From contig JBAQNN010000002.1 in NCBI GenBank assembly GCA_049303835.1, positions 9,248-73,247 of the forward strand: a stretch of 64,000 nt of DNA, written 5' to 3'. This document shows positions 49,826 through 57,164 of the stretch, in pieces (positions within the stretch are counted from its first letter, which is position 1; the number at the start of each line of letters is the position of its first letter). Below the pieces are notes generated by a model that did not search any database, was not told the DNA's origin, and saw only the letters and a program-made list of their open reading frames with translations. This DNA is from Minisyncoccia bacterium (GTDB taxonomy: Bacteria; Patescibacteriota; Minisyncoccia; Phycocordibacterales; UBA9973). The position numbers were made by a program, and so were the translations under genes.

Positions 49826-50131
49826 TTAAATTTCCTGATTACTCTTCTTGGCAATTCTTACCATTTTATCCCCAACTTGTTTTTTTCCAAGGCGAGTGAC
49901 TTTACCTGTTTTAGGATCAAGCATCATTACATTTGAAGCGTTGATAGGCATTTCAATATTTTTCATAGTCCCCTTCTCTCCGGACTTTCTAGGTCGCTGA
50001 TGTTTTTTCATCATATTGAGCCCCTCTACGATGACTTTATTTTCTTTAACCAAAACACTGACAATCTTGCCTTTTTTACCTTTGTCTTTGCCGGCTACCA
50101 CTATTATATTGTCTCCTTTCTTAAGCTTCAT
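49826..50131 (-). CDS. rplX: 50S ribosomal protein L24
   Basis: MKLKKGDNIIVVAGKDKGKKGKIVSV. Confidence 0.9.
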   Translation of the reverse strand: MKLKKGDNIIVVAGKDKGKKGKIVSVLVKENKVIVEGLNMMKKHQRPRKSGEKGTMKNIEMPINASNVMMLDPKTGKVTRLGKKQVGDKMVRIAKKSNQEI

Positions 50132-50164
50132 TTTTTTAATTCGTAATTTTTAATTCGTAATTAT
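50132..50164 (-). promoter_or_regulatory. Intercistronic spacer made of two tandem TAATTCGTAATT repeats immediately upstream of the rplX start
   Basis: Plus strand reads TTTTTTAATTCGTAATTTTTAATTCGTAATTAT. Confidence 0.4.
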
Positions 50165-50536
50165 TTATATAACTTCTTGCGCTAAAGAAATTATTTTCTG
50201 AAATCCCTTCTCTGCCAATTCTCTCGGTATCGGACCGAATACGCGACCAGCTTTCGGATCTTTTTTCCCTTTTTCCAAAATAACTACAGCGTTATCATCA
50301 AAACGAATATAAGAACCGTCTTTTCGTCTATAAGCACCTCTAGTACGTACAACTACAGCCTGGTGTACATCTTTCTTCTTTACGGCCTTTCTTGGGCTAG
50401 CCACTTTTACTGATATAATGACAATTTCTCCTAAAGTCGCATACCTCTTTTTGGAAGAGCCCAAAATCTTAAACACCTTTCCCACGGTGCCTCCGGCGTT
50501 GTCTGTTATTTTTACTAAAGTTTCATTTTGAATCAT
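50165..50536 (-). CDS. rplN: 50S ribosomal protein L14
   Basis: MIQNETLVKITDNAGG.. Confidence 0.9.
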   Translation of the reverse strand: MIQNETLVKITDNAGGTVGKVFKILGSSKKRYATLGEIVIISVKVASPRKAVKKKDVHQAVVVRTRGAYRRKDGSYIRFDDNAVVILEKGKKDPKAGRVFGPIPRELAEKGFQKIISLAQEVI

Positions 50537-50547
50537 ATATTTTTAAA

Positions 50548-50808
50548 TTACTGTGCTACTTTAAACTTTTTATCTTTGGAAATTGGCCTGGTCTCAACTA
50601 TCTCCACCTTATCCCCTGTTTTATATTTATTTTCTTCGTCATGAGCCTTGTATTTCTTGCTGATTTTATAAAACTTTCCATAAAGTGGGTGCTTAACAAA
50701 TCTGGAAACAGAAACAACTACGGTTTTGTCCATCTTGTCTGAAACAACCACCCCACTCAAGCGGCTTCCATTATTATCTTTTGTTTCTTTTTTTTCTTTC
50801 GTTTTCAT
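50548..50808 (-). CDS. rpsQ: 30S ribosomal protein S17
   Basis: [28 protein letters not shown]. Confidence 0.9.
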   Translation of the reverse strand: MKTKEKKETKDNNGSRLSGVVVSDKMDKTVVVSVSRFVKHPLYGKFYKISKKYKAHDEENKYKTGDKVEIVETRPISKDKKFKVAQ

Positions 50809-50828
50809 ATATTTATATTATAACTTCT

Positions 50829-51020
50829 TTATTTCTTATGATTTATTTCAGTCAGTGTTCTGGCTATTTTTTTCTTGAGTGTGGATACTTCTTTTACATT
50901 CTTAGATCTTGATCCCTCAGCTTTAAAATGAATAGCGCGCAACTCTTCCCGCAAAAGAGCCAGATGCTTTTTCATCTCATCCATCTTCATTTCTTTTAAA
51001 TTTTCTTTCTTGTTTTTCAT
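50829..51020 (-). CDS. rpmC: 50S ribosomal protein L29
   Basis: 63-aa coiled-coil protein in the L16-L29-S17 position. Confidence 0.85.
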   Translation of the reverse strand: MKNKKENLKEMKMDEMKKHLALLREELRAIHFKAEGSRSKNVKEVSTLKKKIARTLTEINHKK

Positions 51021-51035
51021 CTTAAAATTAAATTA

Positions 51036-51461
51036 CTACTTATTTATTCTTCCGACAATTCTGGTTTTGATTGGAAGTTTGGTGCCAGCCTTTCTCAAAG
51101 CCTCACGTGCTACTTTTTCCTCCGCCCCATCCACTTCAAATATTATTCGTCCTGGCAGGACATCAAAACAGTATCCTTGAGGATCTCCCTTTCCTTTTCC
51201 CATGCCCACTTCAGCAGCTTTTGCTGTATAAGGACGATCTGGAAAAATGCGAACCCAGTATTTACCTGTCTTGGTCAAAGTACGAGAAATTACTTTTCGG
51301 GCAGACTCAATCTGGGTAGATTTTACACGTGCTTGAGTCTCAGACTTCAACCCAAAAGAACCGAAGGCGAGCTTGATGCCACGAGTATCAGCAGAACGCG
51401 ATTTTGGATTTGATCGTCCTGTCTGCCATTTTCTAAATTTTACTTTTTTTGGAATTAACAT
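51036..51461 (-). CDS. rplP: 50S ribosomal protein L16
   Basis: MLIPKKVKFRKWQTGR. Confidence 0.9.
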   Translation of the reverse strand: MLIPKKVKFRKWQTGRSNPKSRSADTRGIKLAFGSFGLKSETQARVKSTQIESARKVISRTLTKTGKYWVRIFPDRPYTAKAAEVGMGKGKGDPQGYCFDVLPGRIIFEVDGAEEKVAREALRKAGTKLPIKTRIVGRINK

Positions 51462-51492
51462 ACAATTTTATGTGGCGTTAAGCTCGTAGATA

Positions 51493-52218
51493 CTAATCAG
51501 TTTTTAATTTACTATCTTTCCCACCCTCAGAATCTGGAGTCAAGGTATTGTGGGTAGCTTTCTTGTCTGCAAAAATCTTTCCGCGGTAAATCCACACCTT
51601 GATGCCAACAACACCATATGAAAGAGTGGCTCGTTCACGTTTGAAATCTATATCTGCACGAAAAGTCTGAAGTGGAATACTTCCACGCTTGAGTTCTTCC
51701 GTGCGAGCGATTTCAGCTCCACCCAGACGACCGGAGAGCACCACTCTGGCACCCTCTACCCCGCGGGCCGTCATTACTTTTTCAATAATCTGCTTGATGA
51801 CTCGGCGATAAGGCATTCTTTTTTCCAATCCTTCAGCAATCATGTATGCGACGATTGCAGCGTCAGCTTCTGGATTCGCGATTTCCACGATTTCCAATTT
51901 GAAATCTTCCGGACGTGGAAGCTTTAATTTATCCATCTTTTTCAAAATATCTTCCTTCAGCTTGGTAGCTCCCTCGCCGTTTCTGCCTATCAACAATCCC
52001 GGGCGAGAAGTCTTGATGATAAAACGAGTAGCTTTTCGGCTTCTTTCAATCTCTATGCTGGAAATATACATTCCACGCAATTTCTTTTCCAAATATTGAC
52101 GAACCAAAACATCCCCCTTAAGATAGGCAACATATTTTTTAGGATCAGCAAACCAGCGAGACTTCCAATCTCTTAATATAATCAATCTATGTGCATATGG
52201 GTGAACTATTTTTGACAT
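51493..52218 (-). CDS. rpsC: 30S ribosomal protein S3
   Basis: KH and S3-C domains, MSKIVHPYAHRL. Confidence 0.9.
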   Translation of the reverse strand: MSKIVHPYAHRLIILRDWKSRWFADPKKYVAYLKGDVLVRQYLEKKLRGMYISSIEIERSRKATRFIIKTSRPGLLIGRNGEGATKLKEDILKKMDKLKLPRPEDFKLEIVEIANPEADAAIVAYMIAEGLEKRMPYRRVIKQIIEKVMTARGVEGARVVLSGRLGGAEIARTEELKRGSIPLQTFRADIDFKRERATLSYGVVGIKVWIYRGKIFADKKATHNTLTPDSEGGKDSKLKTD

Positions 52219-52219
52219 A

Positions 52220-52609
52220 TTATTTCTTTATTACTTTTTTAGCTTTTACTGCTTTTTCTTTTTTAATAGTCTTTTTAACAGGCATTACTTTTTCTGCCAA
52301 AAGAAGAGTCAGGTGGCTGGTACGTTTATTGATACGATGCCCAGAACCCATAGCTGCCGGCATCATTCTCTTCATCACAATTCCTTTATCTACTCTCAAT
52401 TCTTTTATAAATAAATTTTCCATCTCTACTCCCATTTGTTTTGCATTGGCGACGGCAGACAAAAGAAGCTTCTTGATAGGAAGTCCGGCACGTTTAGCCA
52501 AAAAATCAAGCTCGGCGATAGCTTCTGTTACATTTTTTCCTTTGATCAATCCAGCCACAAGGCGGACTTTTCTGGGAGACTGTCTGTAATTTTTTAAAAA
52601 TGCTTTCAT
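52220..52609 (-). CDS. rplV: 50S ribosomal protein L22
   Basis: MKAFLKNYRQSPRKVRLVAGLIKG. Confidence 0.9.
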   Translation of the reverse strand: MKAFLKNYRQSPRKVRLVAGLIKGKNVTEAIAELDFLAKRAGLPIKKLLLSAVANAKQMGVEMENLFIKELRVDKGIVMKRMMPAAMGSGHRINKRTSHLTLLLAEKVMPVKKTIKKEKAVKAKKVIKK

Positions 52610-52690
52610 ATTTGTAATTCAAATTTATTTTTTCTATCTATTTCTTATTTGAGACTATAACTAATTTTTTAAAAATGCTTTCATATTTTT

Positions 52691-53047
52691 TTATTTTTTA
52701 TCACCTCCTTTTGCATCTGTTGCGGCTGCAGTGGCGGACTTAGCTTGAGCTATTTCAGCTTCTTTCTTCTTCATTTCAAGTTCTTTCTGCATCTTTCCTC
52801 CGTGTTTCATGAATTTCTTGGTTGGAGAAAATTCTCCCAGTCTGTGCCCAACCATATCTTCAGTGACAAGCACTTCCACGTGCGTTTTTCCATTGTAAAC
52901 ACCAAAAGTAAAACCGAGCATCTCCGGAGAGATGACACAAGCACGCTTCCAAGTCTTCACCATCGGTGTTTGAAGCGGGTTTTTTCCGGCAATCTTTTTC
53001 AAAAGCCTTTCGTCAACATTTAATCCTTTTTTGATTGATCTTGTCAT
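52691..53047 (-). CDS. rpsS: 30S ribosomal protein S19 with a ~25-aa Lys/Ala-rich C-terminal extension
   Basis: GLNVDERLLKKIAGKNPLQTPMVKTWKRACVISPEMLGFTFGVYNGKTHV. Confidence 0.9.
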   Translation of the reverse strand: MTRSIKKGLNVDERLLKKIAGKNPLQTPMVKTWKRACVISPEMLGFTFGVYNGKTHVEVLVTEDMVGHRLGEFSPTKKFMKHGGKMQKELEMKKKEAEIAQAKSATAAATDAKGGDKK

Positions 53048-53076
53048 AAAAAATAGCTCTTAACGAGCTTGGTTTT

Positions 53077-53104
53077 ATAATAGCAAATTTAATCTTAATG
53101 TCAA
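53077..53104 (-). promoter_or_regulatory. Near-consensus sigma70-like promoter (TTGACA-N16-TATTAT) just upstream of rpsS
   Basis: Minus strand reads TTGACATTAAGATTAAATTTGCTATTAT. Confidence 0.4.
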
Positions 53105-53223
53105 CTAGATTCTAAAAGACCATTGTAATAAAAAGCTCAAATAAAAAAATGTCAAATTAAAATACTGAAGCCCCAGAACACCGTTGTGTGTTCTGGGGCA
53201 TGATAGTTTCGGCTTGGGAGATT

Positions 53224-53391
53224 TTACTCCCTCGCCGGATGTGCCTCCACGACGGACCCGAACGTGAAACGCTCACAGTCGGTGTGGAAGCAGAAGAACC
53301 GTGGGTGACGGACTCCGATCTCCGGCCTCTTGAGCTTGTTCCAGCAGATTCGCGGCTTCTTGGTTTCGGGGCGAGCGGGGATCTTCTTCAT
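53224..53391 (-). CDS. Small ORF 4 of the GC-rich cassette (55 aa, Cys-rich: CWNK..CFHTDC). It may instead start at 53472, which would add CLLLC
   Basis: SD AGAAGGAGGT 7 nt upstream. The ATG overlaps the ORF 3 stop as ATGA (translational coupling). Confidence 0.45.
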   Translation of the reverse strand: MKKIPARPETKKPRICWNKLKRPEIGVRHPRFFCFHTDCERFTFGSVVEAHPARE

Positions 53392-53552
53392 TGAGCGACC
53401 TCCTTCTCTGTTGCCCAGAATTTTGCCTCCCTCACAAAGAAGGAGACAGTCTGCCTGTTTTTGCTCAGCCATTCCAACAGATAGAACCTGTCGTCTGCTT
53501 GGTGTCTCCTTTCTTCTCTGATTCTCCTTCTGCGTTCCCCCTTTTTACTCAT
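53388..53552 (-). CDS. Small ORF 3 of the GC-rich cassette (54 aa, Arg-rich N-terminus MSKKGERRRRIREERR)
   Basis: GAGG 7 nt upstream, GC-rich codons. Follows ORF 2 after 10 nt. Confidence 0.4.
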   Translation of the reverse strand: MSKKGERRRRIREERRHQADDRFYLLEWLSKNRQTVSFFVREAKFWATEKEVAQ

Positions 53553-53562
53553 GGGAACCTCG

Positions 53563-53805
53563 CTAGAATATGCGACGCATGATCTTGAGATCGTGCTCCC
53601 GGCACTCTTCATCGTAAGAACGAAGATCTTCTCCGAGGACCTCAGCCAGCTCGGAGAAAAGCGACCTTTCCTTCCTGAGAACAGGGTGCCACTTCGGCGG
53701 CCGAAGTGAAGGCACGCGCCTGAGCTCGGTTACCACATCCTCCTTTCTTTTCTGTTCTGGCTTCTTCAGGAACGGATTCTCTTTTCTTGTTTTTCCCACT
53801 GTCAT
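53563..53805 (-). CDS. Small ORF 2 of the GC-rich cassette (80 aa, basic/acidic)
   Basis: Perfect SD GGAGGAAGTTC-ATG, preceded by a promoter-like TTGCTT-N17-TAAATC. Confidence 0.45.
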   Translation of the reverse strand: MTVGKTRKENPFLKKPEQKRKEDVVTELRRVPSLRPPKWHPVLRKERSLFSELAEVLGEDLRSYDEECREHDLKIMRRIF

Positions 53806-54035
53806 GAACTTCCTCCTCTGTTTATGATTTAAACATATATTCTGAAAAAAGCAAGGAAAAAACAATCCTAAAAAAAGAGCCCCAGGACCTGCGACAATTG
53901 CTGTCGAGGTCTCCCGAGGCTATAGGGTGTGGTCGGTCTTAAGCCTACCGACCATTTTTAGCGGACTGGGAATCCGCTTGCGAGGTGGGGTTCCTCGCGA
54001 TGCAGCTCAAGAGGTTTCCCTCCGAGCACCCTTCT

Positions 54036-54158
54036 TTACTCTTCGTCCTCCCTCCGAAGAAGAAGGTTGCGAACTTCTTGTTCGCCTTGACGGCGATCCC
54101 CCCTTCGGGAACCCTTCTTGGCTATCGCCACCTTCTTCTTCTTGTCCTGGTTGGACAT
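54036..54158 (-). CDS. Small ORF 1 of the GC-rich cassette (40 aa, MSNQDKKKKVAIAKKGSRRGDRRQGEQEVRNLLLRREDEE)
   Basis: SD GGAGGTGCGAC-ATG, preceded by TTGCGT-N16-TATAGT and followed by a terminator hairpin. Confidence 0.35.
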   Translation of the reverse strand: MSNQDKKKKVAIAKKGSRRGDRRQGEQEVRNLLLRREDEE

Positions 54159-54255
54159 GTCGCACCTCCGTTAAAAACTATACCACTTTTTCAAGATAAC
54201 GCAACACGTATCAAAAACACCCAGACGAAACCTGGGTGTTTTTAGAAAATGTATT

Positions 54256-55095
54256 TTATTTATTCTTTCCGGTCTTCCTACGAGAGACAATAAATATATT
54301 TGAGTATTTCTTTGGATGACGGCTCTTTCTTCCTCCGGTAACCTTTCCCCACATTGTTTTCGGTCTCTTAGTTCCGCGTCCTTGTCTACCTTCTCCTCCT
54401 CCGTATGGATGGTCTACAGGGTTCATCGCCGTACCACGAACAGTCGGACGAATTCCCTTCCAACGACTGCGTCCGGCCTTGCCGTAATTTTCTAAGTGAT
54501 GTTCTTCATTTGAAACTGTACCGACACAAGCCCAACAATTTTCATTTATTTTTCGAACTTCTGTAGAAGGCATTTTCAAATTTGTATATCCATCGGCATT
54601 GGCCACCACCTGAGCGAAAATTCCTGCGGAACGTCCTATCTTTGCACCACCCATCGGTTTGATTTCAATATTATAAACAAAAGTTCCAACCGGAATATTT
54701 CTAAGCGGTAATCTGTTACCTGCTTCTAGTGGAGCTTTCTCGGAAACAATAAAGCTGCTTCCAGCTTTCACAGATTTTGGCAAAACTACATATCTTTTCT
54801 CTCCATCCTTATAAACTGCCAACCCGATAAAAGCCGAACGATTTGGATCGTATTCAACGGATTTTATCTTCGCTGGAATATCTTTTTTGTCGTATAAAAA
54901 ATCAACGAGTCTGTACAGACGCTTGTGTCCGCTGCCCTTGTGTCTCATAGTGATACGTCCTTGGCTATTTCTACCTACGGCACGCTTAAAACCATAAGTG
55001 AGAGACTTGAGTGGAGTGGATGTGGTAATAACTCCCCGGTAGTTCACATTGGTCATCTGTCTTCTTGATTTGCTTGTGGGTTTGTATGTTTTCAT
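54256..55095 (-). CDS. rplB: 50S ribosomal protein L2
   Basis: GRNSQGRITMRHKGSGHKRLYR, GGGEGRQGRG. Confidence 0.9.
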   Translation of the reverse strand: MKTYKPTSKSRRQMTNVNYRGVITTSTPLKSLTYGFKRAVGRNSQGRITMRHKGSGHKRLYRLVDFLYDKKDIPAKIKSVEYDPNRSAFIGLAVYKDGEKRYVVLPKSVKAGSSFIVSEKAPLEAGNRLPLRNIPVGTFVYNIEIKPMGGAKIGRSAGIFAQVVANADGYTNLKMPSTEVRKINENCWACVGTVSNEEHHLENYGKAGRSRWKGIRPTVRGTAMNPVDHPYGGGEGRQGRGTKRPKTMWGKVTGGRKSRHPKKYSNIFIVSRRKTGKNK

Positions 55096-55098
55096 AAA

Positions 55099-55371
55099 CT
55101 AAATAAATTCTATCTTGTCTCCTTTCTTTAAATAAACAAAAGCCTTGCGTCCGCCACCCCTTATTCCTTCTTTGCCTTTAGACATAATTTTTTTCCTAGG
55201 CACAGGGAGAACATTTACTTTGATAGGTTTTACTTTATAGAGAGCAAAGACTGCCTTCTTTATTTCTGTCTTATTGGCATTGGCGGTAATATCAAAAGTA
55301 TACACATTTTGCTCCATAGCAAAACTTCCTTTTTCGGTCACTCTTGGATTTTTAATAATTTGCATTGTCAT
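55099..55371 (-). CDS. rplW: 50S ribosomal protein L23
   Basis: 90 aa, in the L4-L23-L2 position. Confidence 0.85.
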   Translation of the reverse strand: MTMQIIKNPRVTEKGSFAMEQNVYTFDITANANKTEIKKAVFALYKVKPIKVNVLPVPRKKIMSKGKEGIRGGGRKAFVYLKKGDKIEFI

Positions 55372-55375
55372 AAAA

Positions 55376-56062
55376 TTATCCTCTAGATTCTAGAAATTTA
55401 ACTGCCTCGGTGGGATTTTCTATCAAAAGGTATTTGTAATTTAAAACATCCATCGGATTTAAGTTCTTAAGAAAAACTATCTCAAGTTGTGGTAAATTTC
55501 GGAAACTCTTTTCTGCACTCTCGCTTCTTCCAGAAAGCGCCACCAACACTCTGGACTTTTTGGAATCCGCAAGTGGTTTAAAACCGCTTGCTTTAGCCAA
55601 ACTCTGCGCAACTTTCAAGGCGTCCTTAGTTTTGATTTTAGACAAGGCTAATGAATCCACAAAAAGTATCTCATTGTCTTTCAATTTTTTTGAAAGCACG
55701 GAAAATAGAGCTTGGGCACGCATCTTCTTGGAAATTTTTCTCTTGTAGTTTTTTTCTGCTAGTGGGCCATGCGTTACTCCTCCACCTACCCAAATCGGAC
55801 TTCTCGTAGATCCGTGTCGGGCACGTCCGGTTCCTTTTTGCTTCCAAGGCTTCTTGCCTCCGCCACGTACTTCTCCTCTATCTTTAGTATCAGCAGTTCC
55901 GGATCGTTTATTACTTCGCATCCCTTCCACTACTTGGTGTACCAAATCGGCTCGCCATTTGGCAGCAAAAACTTTTGCCGGAAGGCTTATTGTTCCAGCC
56001 TCTTCCCCTTTCTGGCTGTATATTTTTGCTGATATTTCTGTTTTTGTTTTTGCTTCTGACAT
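55376..56062 (-). CDS. rplD: 50S ribosomal protein L4
   Basis: 228 aa, RGGGKKPWKQKGTGRAR. Confidence 0.9.
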   Translation of the reverse strand: MSEAKTKTEISAKIYSQKGEEAGTISLPAKVFAAKWRADLVHQVVEGMRSNKRSGTADTKDRGEVRGGGKKPWKQKGTGRARHGSTRSPIWVGGGVTHGPLAEKNYKRKISKKMRAQALFSVLSKKLKDNEILFVDSLALSKIKTKDALKVAQSLAKASGFKPLADSKKSRVLVALSGRSESAEKSFRNLPQLEIVFLKNLNPMDVLNYKYLLIENPTEAVKFLESRG

Positions 56063-56063
56063 A

Positions 56064-56678
56064 TTATCTACTGATTATTTCCACTAAAGTCCCCCGCTTA
56101 CCGGCAATTGCTCCTTTGACAAGCATCAAATTATTTTCTTTATCCACCAAGACAACTTTCAGATTTTTTTGAGTAATGCGATCAGAGCCCATTCTGCCAG
56201 CCATTCTCATCCCTCTCGGAACGTGGGTTCGGAGTCCTCCTCCGATACTTCCAGGTTCACGTTCGGAGTGTTTCTGTCCATGCGAACGCGGACCTCCTGA
56301 GAAACCGTGGCGTTTTACGACACCCTGAAAACCTTTACCTTTGGAAACACTAGATACTTGTATTTTATCTCCGGGAACAAAACTTGAGACATCAATCACT
56401 TCTCCTTCTTTCGTCTCGTTTTTGTCGCTTGGTTTTAACCTGAATTCTTTTAGAGTTCTGTAAAACCCTCCCTTCATCGCTCCGGCGGATCCTTTGGAGA
56501 CTCTTTCTTTTTTCTGTACCCCAAAACCAACTTGGATAGAATTATAGCCATCTTTTGCCTTCTCAAAGATTCTAGTCACTGTTATAGGCCCAGCTGTCAC
56601 TATGGTCACTGGAAAAACAGTTCCGTCTTCAGAAAAGTACTCTGCCATATTTTCTTTTGTTCCCAGTATAAACTTCAT
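56064..56678 (-). CDS. rplC: 50S ribosomal protein L3
   Basis: MKFILGTKENMAEYFSEDGTVFPVTIV.. Confidence 0.9.
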   Translation of the reverse strand: MKFILGTKENMAEYFSEDGTVFPVTIVTAGPITVTRIFEKAKDGYNSIQVGFGVQKKERVSKGSAGAMKGGFYRTLKEFRLKPSDKNETKEGEVIDVSSFVPGDKIQVSSVSKGKGFQGVVKRHGFSGGPRSHGQKHSEREPGSIGGGLRTHVPRGMRMAGRMGSDRITQKNLKVVLVDKENNLMLVKGAIAGKRGTLVEIISR

Positions 56679-56712
56679 GGTTAATTCGTAATTGCTAATT
56701 CGTAATTGATTG
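56679..56712 (-). promoter_or_regulatory. Intercistronic rpsJ-rplC spacer made of two tandem TAATTCGTAATTG repeats
   Basis: Plus strand reads GGTTAATTCGTAATTGCTAATTCGTAATTGATTG. Confidence 0.4.
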
Positions 56713-57135
56713 TTACATCATCTTCACATCAATATCAACTCCAGAAGGAAGCGAAAGATTAGTAAGAGCCTCAACGGTCTTTTGATTTGGGTTTATAATA
56801 TCAATCAATCTCTTGTGTACTCTTATTTCAAATTGTTCTCTGGTATTTTTGTAAATAAAAGAAGAACGATTGACTGTATATTTTTTTATTTCTGTTGGAA
56901 GCGGTACAGGTCCCACGATTGTAGCATCATACCTGACTGCCGTATCCATGATTTGTTTAACAGACGCATCCAGAATCTTGCTCTCGTAAGCACGAACTCG
57001 GATACGAAGCACAACTTTGCCATCTTCTCCACCTGCACCCTTTTTAAGGGAAACTTTTGGCATCTTAGCCTTTTCCGTTTTTGCTGATTTAGTAACGGCT
57101 TTTGGCTCTTTTATTTTTGTATGTGCTGTTGTCAT
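56713..57135 (-). CDS. rpsJ: 30S ribosomal protein S10 with a ~40-aa Lys-rich N-terminal extension
   Basis: RIRVRAYESKILDASVKQIMDTAVRYDATIVGPVPLPT. Confidence 0.85.
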   Translation of the reverse strand: MTTAHTKIKEPKAVTKSAKTEKAKMPKVSLKKGAGGEDGKVVLRIRVRAYESKILDASVKQIMDTAVRYDATIVGPVPLPTEIKKYTVNRSSFIYKNTREQFEIRVHKRLIDIINPNQKTVEALTNLSLPSGVDIDVKMM

Positions 57136-57164
57136 GGTACTAAATCGTAATTTCTAATTCTTAA
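57136..57164 (-). promoter_or_regulatory. tuf-rpsJ spacer containing two degenerate copies of the same repeat (TAAATCGTAATTT, CTAATTCTTAATT)
   Basis: Seen in sequence. Matches the motif at 50132 and 56679. Confidence 0.3.

Larger units (their letters stand above)
53171..54243 (-). other. GC-rich (~55-58%) ~1.07-kb foreign cassette between rplB and rpsS. Minus-strand terminator-like hairpins lie at 54213-54243, 53870-53911 and 53171-53198; promoter-like elements at 54177-54204 and 53826-53854
   Basis: Sharp compositional contrast with the ~20-40% GC flanks. Canonical GGAGG Shine-Dalgarno sites. Hairpins are each followed by T-runs. Confidence 0.7.

Noticed and set aside
53927-54245. Plus-strand ORFs of 86-90 aa (53927..54199 and 53985..54245), and 53188..53394, inside the GC-rich cassette
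   Set aside because: High-GC DNA yields long spurious ORFs on both strands. These lack SD sequences and sit antisense to SD-led minus-strand ORFs that are organised with promoters and terminators.
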